Notes: generated from the letters alone by a model not told the origin. A stretch of 64,000 nt of DNA from Fidelibacterota bacterium (GCA_965212055.1 OZ243041.1:256001-320000), one strand, 5' to 3'; numbered from the stretch's first letter, positions 44,475 through 55,213 are shown. Numbers and translations: made by a program.

Positions 44475-44945
44475 ATGTATAATCTTAGAATTGTTCCATT
44501 TCATAAAAGATATTCGTCTACTTTTTATCATCTCAATAAGATATGGATTGAAGAATCGTTCTCACTAGAAGAATCTGATAAATTTGATTTGTTACACCCT
44601 GAAAAAAGTATAATAGATAAAGGAGGAGAAATTTTTTTTGCTTTAATTGAAGATAAACCAATAGCTACTGTTGCAATGATCCCACTTAAATCAGATATCT
44701 ATGAGTTGGCAAAGATGACAGTAGATACTCAATATAGAGGGAATGGTATTGCAAACAAATTAATGGATAAATGTATCTTATTCGCAAAAGAAAAAGAAGC
44801 CAAAGAAATTATTTTAATTACCAACGATACTTTAGTGATAGCAAGGAACTTATATGATAAATTTGGGTTCAAAGAAATAGCGTTAGATTCAGATAAATAT
44901 TTAAGAGGAAATGTCAAAATGACCTTAAATTTGACCGAGGAATAA
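44475..44945 (+). CDS. GNAT-family N-acetyltransferase
   Basis: ELAKMTV..YRGNGIA acetyl-CoA motif and LYDKFGF. Confidence 0.9.
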   Translation: MYNLRIVPFHKRYSSTFYHLNKIWIEESFSLEESDKFDLLHPEKSIIDKGGEIFFALIEDKPIATVAMIPLKSDIYELAKMTVDTQYRGNGIANKLMDKCILFAKEKEAKEIILITNDTLVIARNLYDKFGFKEIALDSDKYLRGNVKMTLNLTEE

Positions 44946-44948
44946 ATT

Positions 44949-46781
44949 ATGTGTGGAATAGTTGCATACAAAGGACATAAAAATTGTTATCCAATTTTAT
45001 TAAATGGATTAAAAAGATTGGAATATCGTGGATATGATTCTGCAGGTATAGCTTGTTTTAATAATGATAACAAATTATCTATTATAAAACGTAGAGGTAA
45101 AGTAAAAGAGCTTGAAGCTGCAATAACTAGTAAAGATTGTAATGGTATGGGTATTGCACATACTAGATGGGCAACTCATGGTAGACCAAATCAAATCAAT
45201 GCTCACCCACATGCCGATCAATCTAAAAAAATTATTTTGGTTCATAATGGTATTATTGAAAATTATGTTCCTATCAAGAAATTTCTTTTATCAAAGAAAG
45301 TCAAATTTAAATCTGATACAGATACAGAGGTTTTAGTCCAATTAATTGGATATTTTTATAATAAAGGTAAAATGAATTTTGAAGAAGCTGTACGTGCAGC
45401 ATTGCAAAGAGTTGACGGTGCTTATGGACTTGTAATACTAAATCAAGATTATCCAGATATGATGATTGCAGCACGTAAGGGCAGTCCGTTGGTGTTAGGT
45501 CTTAAGGATAATGAATTTTTTGTAGCAAGCGATATATCTCCAATTATAAAACATACTCAACAGATTCTTTATCTTAAAGATTCTGAAATGGTAGTAATTG
45601 ATGGAAAAAAATATAGTGTTAAATCTATAAACAAAGATATTGCTCTACCAAAGAATATTGAAACGATTGATTATAAAATTGATGATTATGACAAAGGAAA
45701 ATTTAAATATTTTATGCACAAAGAAATTCATGAACAAGTTGATACAATAGCTAATACAATGAATGGTAGAGTAAGACCTGATGCTGTATTATTGCATGGT
45801 TTATCAGAGTATTGGGATGAAATAGAAGCATCTGATAAAATTTATATTACAGCTTGTGGAACTTCATGGCATGCAGGTTTAATTGGTAAACTTCTAATTG
45901 AAAAATTTTCAAATACACCTGTTTCTGTCGAATATGCTTCCGAGTTTAGATATAATCATACATTAATTGATAGTCAAACTGTTGTAATTGCTATTTCACA
46001 GTCAGGTGAAACAGCTGATACATTAGCTGCTATTAAGAAAGCCAATGATTATGGAGCCGTGACAATTGGTATATGTAATGTACCAGGAAGTTCTGTTGGA
46101 AGGGAAACAGATTGTGGTATATATACACGATGTGGACATGAAGTTGGTGTAGCATCAACTAAAGCATTTACTGCTCAAATTAGTATATTATATTTGTTAG
46201 GTCTTAAGCTAGCTTATGCTAAAGGAAGAATGTCGAAAGCATCCTTAAAAAGACATTTGGATTATGGTGATGCTCTGAAAAAAATTCAATCTCTATTTCA
46301 TCAAGAAAAATTGATTCAAAAAATAGCAAGGAAATATAAAAATGCAACTGATTTTCTCTATCTTGGAAGAGGAATGAACTTTCCTGTTGCTCTTGAAGGA
46401 GCCTTAAAACTTAAAGAGATATCCTACATTCATGCTGAAGGATATCCTGCAGCAGAAATGAAACATGGACCTATTGCTTTAATAGATAAAAATATGCCTT
46501 CGGTATTCATTGTACCAAAGGATAAAACATATGAAAAAATCATTTCTAATATTCAAGAAATTAAATCTAGGAAAGGGAAGATTATTATTGTTACTGATTC
46601 TAAAGATAAAATCTTGAAAGAATTAGCAAATGATTTAATTATTGTTCCAAGGTCTAATATTTATTTATTTATTATTTTGGCTACAATAGTTCTTCAACTG
46701 TTTGCGTATCATATAGCAATAATAAATAAACGTGATGTAGATCAGCCAAGGAATTTAGCAAAAAGTGTTACAGTTGAATAG
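44949..46781 (+). CDS. glmS: Glutamine-fructose-6-phosphate transaminase
   Basis: MCGIV, LEYRGYDSAG, HTRWATHG, SQSGETAD, EGALKLKE and PRNLAKSVTVE motifs. Confidence 0.97.
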   Translation: MCGIVAYKGHKNCYPILLNGLKRLEYRGYDSAGIACFNNDNKLSIIKRRGKVKELEAAITSKDCNGMGIAHTRWATHGRPNQINAHPHADQSKKIILVHNGIIENYVPIKKFLLSKKVKFKSDTDTEVLVQLIGYFYNKGKMNFEEAVRAALQRVDGAYGLVILNQDYPDMMIAARKGSPLVLGLKDNEFFVASDISPIIKHTQQILYLKDSEMVVIDGKKYSVKSINKDIALPKNIETIDYKIDDYDKGKFKYFMHKEIHEQVDTIANTMNGRVRPDAVLLHGLSEYWDEIEASDKIYITACGTSWHAGLIGKLLIEKFSNTPVSVEYASEFRYNHTLIDSQTVVIAISQSGETADTLAAIKKANDYGAVTIGICNVPGSSVGRETDCGIYTRCGHEVGVASTKAFTAQISILYLLGLKLAYAKGRMSKASLKRHLDYGDALKKIQSLFHQEKLIQKIARKYKNATDFLYLGRGMNFPVALEGALKLKEISYIHAEGYPAAEMKHGPIALIDKNMPSVFIVPKDKTYEKIISNIQEIKSRKGKIIIVTDSKDKILKELANDLIIVPRSNIYLFIILATIVLQLFAYHIAIINKRDVDQPRNLAKSVTVE

Positions 46782-46782
46782 A

Positions 46783-48609
46783 ATGAAGAGATTATTAATA
46801 ATTTTATTTTTCTCAATTCTATTGAGTCAAGAAGGGAATTCTGCCTATCTAAGATTAGAATTAGAGAATGCTATAAAAGATATTAATGCAAGACAATTTG
46901 ATAGTGCCATTGCACGAATTGAGAATACTAATTTTTCAGATTCGGAATATCTAAATCATTCTTTAATTCTCAAGATGAAAGCACTGCATGGTATCAATGA
47001 TATAGATCAATCTTTATCTGTTGCGAAACAAATTAACAAAAATGACTTAAATACAAATCTTCAGACAATATATAGCTTAGAACTTGGAGATATTTTTTCT
47101 GAAATGGGATTATTTGATAAGTCGTTTGAACATTATCTTTCTGCAAGAAAATCCAATATTGATACAAAGGCTAACAAAAGAATAAACCAACGATTAAATA
47201 AATTATTAAAAATGGATCTTAGCGAAGAGAATTTATCATCTCTACAATTATTAGAAAATGATTTAACTAACTTAAATATACTAAAACTTGCACATTCTTT
47301 TTTATTAGCTAGGAATCAATCAGAAAATTGGAAAAATGTATTTTCTTCAGTGGACTATTCTATGCTATCTAGAGAGTTTAGATCTTCTTATAATTATCTA
47401 AAGAAAAATGTGCCATACGATAATTATTCTATAGCAAAAATTGGAGTAGTTTTGCCTCTTAGTGGAGATAATTCAGAATATGCACAAGCTTTTCTTTCAG
47501 GACTTCAAAGAGGTGGTGAATTATTAAAGAGCAAGAATAAAATTTCCTATGTTATTTATGACAATCAAGGCAATCAATTAAATACGATCAAAGCATTTAA
47601 TGAGCTTTATTCTTTTCATAAAGTAGATGGAATTATAGGCCCTACTAATAGTAAAAATTTAATATCAGGCGCAACAGCTTTATCAAAGTCTGAAATACCA
47701 ATATTTGCACCTGGATCAATTGATGAAGATATCCATTCTATCAATAGCAATGTTCATTTATTGAATTCTTCTCTTGATTATAAGAATGAAATCTTAGCTA
47801 ATCACATGATTAACAATCTTCAGTTAGAAAAAATTGCAATTATTGCTCCTAAAACAGATGATGGAATCAAAGAAGTTGATTCATTTTTAGAGCAAATGAA
47901 TAGACTAAATAAAGAACCAGTATCAATTCAATGGTATGAAAATACTGAACCAGTAGATTTAAGAGGTCTCTTTACAGCATTGAGAGAGGTAGCATGGGAA
48001 ATTCAACAGGCAGATGAATACAAAGAATTTTTGGGAGTAAACATTGATACTCTTGATGCAATGTTTGATCTTGATTCAGATGATGTCTATGATATGTTTG
48101 ATTTTAATAATCAGGAAGAAGAGATTGATTCAACGAAGGTTATTCTAGATGTAATTGATGGTATATTTTTGCCGTTATCTGGTGAAGGATTGACATATGT
48201 AGGCACCCAAATTGCTCTTGCAAATTTGGAAACACAGTTTTTTGGTAACGAGCTATGGTTAGACTTAGATTTTATTAATCAAGAGAATATATCCTCACAT
48301 ATCATTGGAATGTATTTTGTTAGTAGTTTCTTACCTAATTATAGAGTTGGTAATCAATTTGATTATAATCCAGAATTGAATAATGCTTTCCATTATGGTC
48401 TTGATTTATCTCGCTTTATTAATTCTACAATAGAAAATGATAAAAGTTTTAATATGTCCAATCAAAATTCAAATAGATATTCTTCCACTAGAAAGTTTGA
48501 TTTTAGTTCCGGTAAAATAAATACAGACATTAACTTATTTAAATATTCAAATAGACGATTAATTAAAACTGAAATTATCAATAATCCAACCAATTCATAT
48601 GTTGATTGA
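46783..48609 (+). CDS. Exported TPR-like plus type 1 periplasmic-binding-fold protein (LpoA-like)
   Basis: Signal peptide MKRLLIILFFSILLS, helical N-terminal region, then KIGVVLPLSG, YDNQG and IIGP. Confidence 0.65.
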   Translation: MKRLLIILFFSILLSQEGNSAYLRLELENAIKDINARQFDSAIARIENTNFSDSEYLNHSLILKMKALHGINDIDQSLSVAKQINKNDLNTNLQTIYSLELGDIFSEMGLFDKSFEHYLSARKSNIDTKANKRINQRLNKLLKMDLSEENLSSLQLLENDLTNLNILKLAHSFLLARNQSENWKNVFSSVDYSMLSREFRSSYNYLKKNVPYDNYSIAKIGVVLPLSGDNSEYAQAFLSGLQRGGELLKSKNKISYVIYDNQGNQLNTIKAFNELYSFHKVDGIIGPTNSKNLISGATALSKSEIPIFAPGSIDEDIHSINSNVHLLNSSLDYKNEILANHMINNLQLEKIAIIAPKTDDGIKEVDSFLEQMNRLNKEPVSIQWYENTEPVDLRGLFTALREVAWEIQQADEYKEFLGVNIDTLDAMFDLDSDDVYDMFDFNNQEEEIDSTKVILDVIDGIFLPLSGEGLTYVGTQIALANLETQFFGNELWLDLDFINQENISSHIIGMYFVSSFLPNYRVGNQFDYNPELNNAFHYGLDLSRFINSTIENDKSFNMSNQNSNRYSSTRKFDFSSGKINTDINLFKYSNRRLIKTEIINNPTNSYVD

Positions 48610-49225
48610 TTATTCTGAAAAAATAAATATAAAGAATTTAAATATTTTATTTTCACTCTCCGATTTTGCTCAATCTTTAGAGGATATTTCTGTTATGAAA
48701 ATGAACCAAACTCATTCTAACCAATCAATTTTTTTAAACCAGTTTTCTAAACAAGATAAATATTCAGATGGCATATTTAGTTCAAATAATCAATTAATTT
48801 TAGAAGTAAGTGTTGCAGACTGTATGCCGATCTTTTTTGCAGATAAAAATAAAGATTTTTTTGGAGTTGTACATGCAGGCTGGAAAGGTTTAGCCGAAGG
48901 TATTATTGAAAACAGTATTGAATTGTTAATAAATGAAGGTTGTAAACTTGATAATGTAAAAGTTTTAATTGGTCCATCAATAAGGCAGGATAATTTTGAA
49001 GTAAAGAATGATGTTGCAGATCTTTTTGATAATCAATTTTCAACGTTACAAGATGGGAAGATTTTTTTAAGTTTACAGAAGATTGCAATTAGTAAATTAA
49101 ATGCTTATAACATTTATGATATAATAGACGTAAAAGAGTGTACTTATAATACTCCTGCTTACTATTCATATAGGCGAAATAAAACAGAGAAAAGAATGAA
49201 AGGAAGAATTTATTGGGATGAATGA
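48599..49225 (+). CDS. pgeF: YfiH/PgeF family protein
   Basis: NQTHS, VADCMP, VHAGWKG, IGPSI and YSYRR motifs. Confidence 0.88.
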   Translation: MLIDYSEKINIKNLNILFSLSDFAQSLEDISVMKMNQTHSNQSIFLNQFSKQDKYSDGIFSSNNQLILEVSVADCMPIFFADKNKDFFGVVHAGWKGLAEGIIENSIELLINEGCKLDNVKVLIGPSIRQDNFEVKNDVADLFDNQFSTLQDGKIFLSLQKIAISKLNAYNIYDIIDVKECTYNTPAYYSYRRNKTEKRMKGRIYWDE

Positions 49226-50012
49226 ATTAGTGATTTATCTAATTTTAGGATTTATTCAAGGTGTTACAGAATTTTTTCCTATCAGTAGCTCTGGCCATTT
49301 AGTTTTATCTGAGCATTTCTTAAAAGTTAAGAATCCTGGAGCTTCCGCAGAAATTGTTGCACATTTTGGTACATTGTTTAGCATTATTCTTTTTTATAAA
49401 GCGACATTTTTCTCAAATAAAAATTCTGATGATTTTTTTCATATAAATACTTTAAAAATGCTTGCTATATCTACCATTCCTGCTGTTTTGGTCGGTTTAT
49501 TTAGTGGCCTTTCAGAGAATTTTGATTTAGAAGCATTTTTTAATTATGATTTTGTTAAAGTTGCTTTACTATGTAATGGAGGATTTTTAATCGCACTAAG
49601 CGGCTTAAGAGATTCAATGGAAGAATCTACAATATTTGAAAATCCTTCACCATGGAAATGGAATTATAAAACTTCATTTTTCTTAGGTCTCTTCCAAGCT
49701 CTTGCTATGCTTCCTGGTATATCAAGATCAGGGATGGTCATTAGCTATGGTTTATTTGTTGGTTTAGAAAAAAAGAAAATAATCCAATATGCTTTTTTTA
49801 TGGCGATTCCTGTTATTGTACTATCAATTGTTTATAAACTAATATTTTCTGACGGTCCTGATGAGAGTATTTCTCCCCAATCAGGATTAATGTTATTTCT
49901 ATCTTCATTTGTATTTGGATATCTCAGTCTAACATTCTTAATTAAATTTCTTGAAAGATTCAGTTTTGCTTGGTTTGGATTATACTGTATAATTATTGGT
50001 GTGTTTTTATGA
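49218..50012 (+). CDS. uppP: Undecaprenyl-diphosphate phosphatase
   Basis: QGVTEFFPISSSGH and PGISRSG motifs. Confidence 0.93.
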   Translation: MNELVIYLILGFIQGVTEFFPISSSGHLVLSEHFLKVKNPGASAEIVAHFGTLFSIILFYKATFFSNKNSDDFFHINTLKMLAISTIPAVLVGLFSGLSENFDLEAFFNYDFVKVALLCNGGFLIALSGLRDSMEESTIFENPSPWKWNYKTSFFLGLFQALAMLPGISRSGMVISYGLFVGLEKKKIIQYAFFMAIPVIVLSIVYKLIFSDGPDESISPQSGLMLFLSSFVFGYLSLTFLIKFLERFSFAWFGLYCIIIGVFL

Positions 50013-51463
50013 TTGAAATCATTTTTATACTTTATTTGTCGTTGATAATACTAGTTGGTATCATATCTAATAGATTTGTTAGTTCTCAGCTTGATTTCTT
50101 ATTAGCAGGTCGCAGACTTGGTCCTTGGGTTACGGCATTCTCTGAGAGGGCATCTGGTGAATCAGCATGGTTATTATTAGGCTTGCCAGGCGCTGCGATT
50201 GCAATTGGATATGGTGAGATATGGGCCGTTATTGGAATTATTAGCGGTATTATTCTTTCCTGGTTTCTCATAGCAGCAAGATTAAGAGCTGAGACAGAAA
50301 AATATCAAGCACTTACTATTCCTGATTACTTGCAAAAAAGATTTAATGATACATCAGGAATCATTAAAAATTATTCTGCAATGATTATTGCTGTTTTCTT
50401 TACATTTTATGTTTCAGCTCAATTTCATGGTTCTGGTAAGATTTTAAATACTATTTTTGAGATTGAACCTCTATATGGTATTTCGTTGAGTGCTGTAGTA
50501 ATCATAATATACACAATTATGGGAGGTTTGTTAGCAGTTGCTTGGACAGATCTTGTACAAGGAATACTGATGATTGGTACCTTGGTTATTCTTCCTATTG
50601 TTGGTTTAATTGAATTATCATCTTTTGATTTACCTATTAAAGATTTAATTATGAGTACAGATTCTGAAAAAAGTTCATTGGTATCTGGATTAAGTGGATT
50701 AGCTGCATTTTCAGTAATTGTAGGAGGTTTGAGTTGGGGGCTTGGTTATTTAGGTCAACCACATCTTCTCATTAGATATATGGCCATTCGATCAGTAGCT
50801 GAAGTTAAGAAAGCAAGAATAATAGCGACATTATGGGCTATTCCAGGGATATCAGGCGCTTTCTTAATTGGTGTAATAGGCATGGGATACTTTGGAGAAG
50901 ATTATTTTAAAAAATTCATTGCAATTAATGAATTGCCCTTTGTACTAATAAAGGATATAGATGTAGAACATGTTATGCCTATACTTGCTCAACACTTGTT
51001 GCCTGCATGGTTGGCCGGACTTCTTATATCTGGTGCAGTCGCTGCTATGATGTCTACTGCAGATTCACAATTATTGGTATCAACATCTGCTATTAGCGAA
51101 GATTTAGGGGTAAATGTATTAAAAAAACGTAACAAACTATTCAATAGTCGTGTTATAACAGTTTTTTTAGGAATATTTGCCTATTTGGTGGCGATGTATT
51201 CTGAGTGGAGTGGAAAAACCATCTTTAGTATTGTTAGTTTTGCATGGAGCGGTCTTGGATCATCCTTTGGTCCAGCATTGCTACTTGCATTGTGGTGGAA
51301 AGGAGTAACAAGAAAAGGAATTATTGCAGGTTTATTTACTGGATCTATTACTACTATTATTTGGGGAAGTAATCTATATCTGAAATCTATTGTAACAGAG
51401 AGATTTATTAGTTTTGCTCTTGCATTCGTTGCAATAATAATTATAAGTAAATACAAAAAATGA
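50009..51463 (+). CDS. Sodium:solute symporter, PutP-like
   Basis: FLLAGRRLGPWV, SAWLLLGLPG, GYLGQPHL..RYM and AAMMSTADSQLL motifs; ATGA overlap. Confidence 0.9.
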   Translation: MIEIIFILYLSLIILVGIISNRFVSSQLDFLLAGRRLGPWVTAFSERASGESAWLLLGLPGAAIAIGYGEIWAVIGIISGIILSWFLIAARLRAETEKYQALTIPDYLQKRFNDTSGIIKNYSAMIIAVFFTFYVSAQFHGSGKILNTIFEIEPLYGISLSAVVIIIYTIMGGLLAVAWTDLVQGILMIGTLVILPIVGLIELSSFDLPIKDLIMSTDSEKSSLVSGLSGLAAFSVIVGGLSWGLGYLGQPHLLIRYMAIRSVAEVKKARIIATLWAIPGISGAFLIGVIGMGYFGEDYFKKFIAINELPFVLIKDIDVEHVMPILAQHLLPAWLAGLLISGAVAAMMSTADSQLLVSTSAISEDLGVNVLKKRNKLFNSRVITVFLGIFAYLVAMYSEWSGKTIFSIVSFAWSGLGSSFGPALLLALWWKGVTRKGIIAGLFTGSITTIIWGSNLYLKSIVTERFISFALAFVAIIIISKYKK

Positions 51464-52463
51464 TTAAAGCATTACAGTCTATTCAGCATATTAAGAATAA
51501 TCCAGATTCTAATTATTTACTAGTCGGTGACCATGATTTTCTCTATTTATATATAAGAAATTTGGTTAAAAACACACATTTTGAATCTCTAGAGTCTGTT
51601 TCTTTCGATTGTTCAGAAAAATCTGGAGTAGAAGATAAGATTTTAAATAGTCTCACATCTATAGATTTGTTTGAATCTAAAAAATTCCTGACTATAAAAA
51701 ATATTAACAAAGTTAGTAAAAAAATAGAGATACATTTATAAATACAATATCTAAGAATGATGGTTCAAACATAATAATTTGTACCGATTCTTCTTTTCTA
51801 GGGTTTGATTACAAGTCAAATAAAAATTTTATTAAAAACCAATTTGTTAATGATCTTGTACCATTTTTTACTGTTGTTGATGTTAGTATTCCGTTTGAAA
51901 GTGAAATGATACGATGGGTAAAGATTTTCTCTAATGACTTTGATTTTAAAATCAATAGCAAAATTGCCAATGATTTGGTTGAAATATTTGGAAATAATTT
52001 TTCAGCTATCTATAATGAAATCTCTAAACTTAGTATTATTGCTGATAGCATAGATGGTATTAATCAAGATTGGTTAGACAGTTTTTATGACTGGAAAAAG
52101 AATAAACAACTTTGGGAATTGAATTATGCTATTTGTGATAAAGATATTGATAAAATCTTATCATCAGGTCTATCTATACTCAATCAGTTCGGTGTTTTAT
52201 ATATTACCAATTCCTTTTTTACAATTTTTGAGGCACTTTTTCTTGCTAAGTTAAATAAAGGAACAATTACTGATATGAGTCGTAAGAATTTAAGAGGAAA
52301 GATTGTAAATAAAATTTCCTCGTCTTCAGAGAAATATACTATTGAAGAAATTGAAAGAGGTATTAATTTATTAGCCGGTTTAGATAAAAAAGTTAAAACA
52401 AGGAATATTATTGATGAGTCAGAGTTTACAAACCTTATTACACAAATCTACCGATATGAATGA
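51460..52463 (+). CDS. holA: DNA polymerase III delta subunit, with a 1-nt frameshift in the A7 run at 51718-51724
   Basis: YLLVGD, SIDLFESKK, IYNEISKL and LAGLDKKVKT; adding one A joins the two ORFs (KVSKKNRDTF..PFESEMIRWV) into about 334 aa. Confidence 0.78.
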
Positions 52464-53025
52464 CGAATTTAAATTAACGGACGAACGATTAATTAAACAA
52501 TTCCAGGAGGGAGATCGTCATGCATTCGATGAGTTGGTAAAACGATATAAAGATCGATTACACAATTTTGTATGTAGATATCTGAACAATCAAACTCTTG
52601 CAGAAGATGTTGTTCAAGAAACGATGATTAAACTTTATACTCATAAACATTATTATAAGCCTATTGCAAAATTTTCTACTTGGATATATACCATTGCTAA
52701 GAATCTTGCGTTAACAGAATTAAGAAAAAATAAACGAAAAAGAACTGAATCAATGTGGAATGATCGTGGAGAGCTAATTGAGGTCAAAAGCAATGAAGAA
52801 TCTTTAGAAAACAAGGTTCAAAATGAATTAGCTGTTGAAGAACTCAACAAATGTTTAGATGAAATTCCTGAGAATTTTCGTATTGCAGTTGTTTTAAGAG
52901 ATTTCCAGGAACTTTCTTATCAAGAAATAAGTAAGATATTAGAAATACCAATTGGTACTATAAAATCTAGAATTAATAGAGGAAGAATCCAATTGGCTGA
53001 AAAATTGAAACACTTTAAGGAGTAA
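52456..53025 (+). CDS. ECF sigma factor (RpoE/SigW-like)
   Basis: AFDELVKRY, AEDVVQE, FSTWIYTIAKN and LSYQEIS..IPIGTIKSRINRGR motifs. Confidence 0.93.
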   Translation: MNDEFKLTDERLIKQFQEGDRHAFDELVKRYKDRLHNFVCRYLNNQTLAEDVVQETMIKLYTHKHYYKPIAKFSTWIYTIAKNLALTELRKNKRKRTESMWNDRGELIEVKSNEESLENKVQNELAVEELNKCLDEIPENFRIAVVLRDFQELSYQEISKILEIPIGTIKSRINRGRIQLAEKLKHFKE

Positions 53026-53029
53026 AGTA

Positions 53030-53521
53030 ATGAATTATAGTAAATTTGAAGATAGAATCTCGAGTTGGATTGAAAATGATCTCAGTCTAAAAGAGCGCAA
53101 AGAATTTGAAGCTTTTTTAGCTGAAAATCCACAATATCAATCTAAAGTAGATGAAGTACGTCATGTCATCTCCACAATGAGAGAATCTGAATCCTTGAAA
53201 GTTTCTAAAGAATTTGATGAAAATCTGAATCAAAAATTACAAAACCTTAATATTGGACAAGAACATTCAACATCTAAGGAAATTTTTGGCTTTTCACGTC
53301 AAAATTTTGCATATCTCGCTCTATCTTTAGGTGCAATTGTTTTTCTTTTGTTTCAACTGCCAGGAAATGCATTTAGTGAAGACATAATAACTAATTCTAA
53401 CTCAATGTCTGAAGAAAATTCGAAATCAATACCAGTTGCGAATGATTCTTTAGATACAGAAGATAAACCGGATAATAGTTATGATGTGAATGGGACTTTT
53501 GTTGGCAACGATGAACAATAG
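53030..53521 (+). CDS. Putative single-TM anti-sigma factor
   Basis: Directly follows the ECF gene; ASD-like N-terminus, one TM (FAYLALSLGAIVFLLF) and an acidic tail. Confidence 0.7.
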   Translation: MNYSKFEDRISSWIENDLSLKERKEFEAFLAENPQYQSKVDEVRHVISTMRESESLKVSKEFDENLNQKLQNLNIGQEHSTSKEIFGFSRQNFAYLALSLGAIVFLLFQLPGNAFSEDIITNSNSMSEENSKSIPVANDSLDTEDKPDNSYDVNGTFVGNDEQ

Positions 53522-53593
53522 TTTAGTTCAAGATTTTTTATAGTTATCTAACCTTGTCTGAGTAAATTCAAAACGTATGTAATTTGTTGCAAT

Positions 53594-55213
53594 ATGTTTA
53601 GGAATTATACAATCATCACACTCTTATTTTTTTCTTTGAGCTGTAGTACTCAGAGCGTACAGGTCAATCTTTCGCCACCATCGACTGAACAAGAACCAGT
53701 AGAGGAGAAGAAAGAACAAAATAATGTTGAAAACTCTGAAGCAATTCAATTGTTTATGGATGGATTGATGTTTATGGAGCAAGGAGACTATTCTAGGGCA
53801 ATTATTGAATTCCAAGATGCAATTGAACTTGGTTCATCTTCTGGAGAAATCTATTATTCTATTTCTGAATGTTATTGGATGATTCAAAAGTATGATAAAA
53901 GTATTAGTTATGGATTATTAGCTATTGATCATGATAAAGAGAGTAAAGACTATAGCATATCTTTAGGAAAAAAGTATATTGGATTAAACGAACTAACCTT
54001 GGCATTAGATCTTTTCGAAAGAGTAGCAGAGAAACATGAAGACAATGCAGATATTCTATTTATTATTGGTGATTTAAAATCACAGTTGAATGATATTGAT
54101 GGAGCATTAATCTATTATCAACAAGCATACAACAAAGATAATTCGTTAATTCTTGCGTTGGAAGTAGCTGCAGAATTAGCACTACGATCAAATCATCGAG
54201 ATAGCGAGTTAATATTAAAAAAACTGTTGCTTGCAGATCCTAGTAATCCACAATATTTGCAATTATTTGTTGAATCTCTATCGGATTCAAACAACTTGAA
54301 TGATATTGAAGAGCTCCTGGAAAATGAAACAATTCAAAGCAATCCATTTGTAAATAATCTCTATAATCAATTAGGCTATGAATATTTAGTGAATGGTATT
54401 ATTGATAAATCAATAGAATATTTTGAAAAATCTCTTTCAATCAACGAGAATGATCGGTTCGCACTATATTATCTTTCAAATGTCTATAGAGATTTGAAAG
54501 AGTATGATAAATCAATTATCATAGCTGAAAAACAAATCAATCTTTACCCTCAAGAGAAAGACGGTTATATCAATAAAATAATTTCACTACTTACTATTGA
54601 AGATTTTGAAAAAGCTACGGAAGTATTGTTGGAGTCCTTAAAGATTTTCCCCAATGATTTTGATATGAATTATTTCTTGGGTATAGCTCAATATTCGCTA
54701 GAGAATTTTATAGAATCAGAAACATACTATGAGAAAGCTCTTAAAATAAATGATCAGTCTACAACCGCTATGCATGGTTTGGCCATGGCATATGACAAAA
54801 ATGAAAAATGGGATAAATCAGATCAGCTTTATATTGATTTGATTGCAGGTAATACAGATGATGCACAAGCATATAATAATTATGCGTATAGCTTAGTTGA
54901 ACGCAATCAAGATATTGACTATGCATTGACTTTAGCAGAGAAAGCAATTGAATTAAGTCCTAATACATCAGCATATCTTGATACAGTTGGCTGGATATAT
55001 TTTAAGTTAGGCAATTTTGACAAGGCAAAAGAATTCATAGCAAAATCAATTGTATACGATGATTCTAGTGCTGTTGTATTAGAACATTATGGTGATGTTT
55101 TAATAGCATTAAACAATAAAGATGAAGCATTGGTTTTTTATAAGAAAGCATTTGAGCTAGATCAAAATAACAATTCATTATCAGAGAAGATTTCTTTATA
55201 TGAGAGTGAATAG
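53594..55213 (+). CDS. TPR-repeat lipoprotein
   Basis: Lipobox SLSC, many TPRs, and C-terminal NNYAYSL..AYLDTVGWIYFK..EHYGD motifs. Confidence 0.88.
   Translation: MFRNYTIITLLFFSLSCSTQSVQVNLSPPSTEQEPVEEKKEQNNVENSEAIQLFMDGLMFMEQGDYSRAIIEFQDAIELGSSSGEIYYSISECYWMIQKYDKSISYGLLAIDHDKESKDYSISLGKKYIGLNELTLALDLFERVAEKHEDNADILFIIGDLKSQLNDIDGALIYYQQAYNKDNSLILALEVAAELALRSNHRDSELILKKLLLADPSNPQYLQLFVESLSDSNNLNDIEELLENETIQSNPFVNNLYNQLGYEYLVNGIIDKSIEYFEKSLSINENDRFALYYLSNVYRDLKEYDKSIIIAEKQINLYPQEKDGYINKIISLLTIEDFEKATEVLLESLKIFPNDFDMNYFLGIAQYSLENFIESETYYEKALKINDQSTTAMHGLAMAYDKNEKWDKSDQLYIDLIAGNTDDAQAYNNYAYSLVERNQDIDYALTLAEKAIELSPNTSAYLDTVGWIYFKLGNFDKAKEFIAKSIVYDDSSAVVLEHYGDVLIALNNKDEALVFYKKAFELDQNNNSLSEKISLYESE

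Noticed and set aside
44940..44950. glmS ribozyme (and a TPP riboswitch before thiN)
   Set aside because: Only 3 nt separate the GNAT gene from glmS and 11 nt separate sodB from thiN, leaving no room, and no motif is present.
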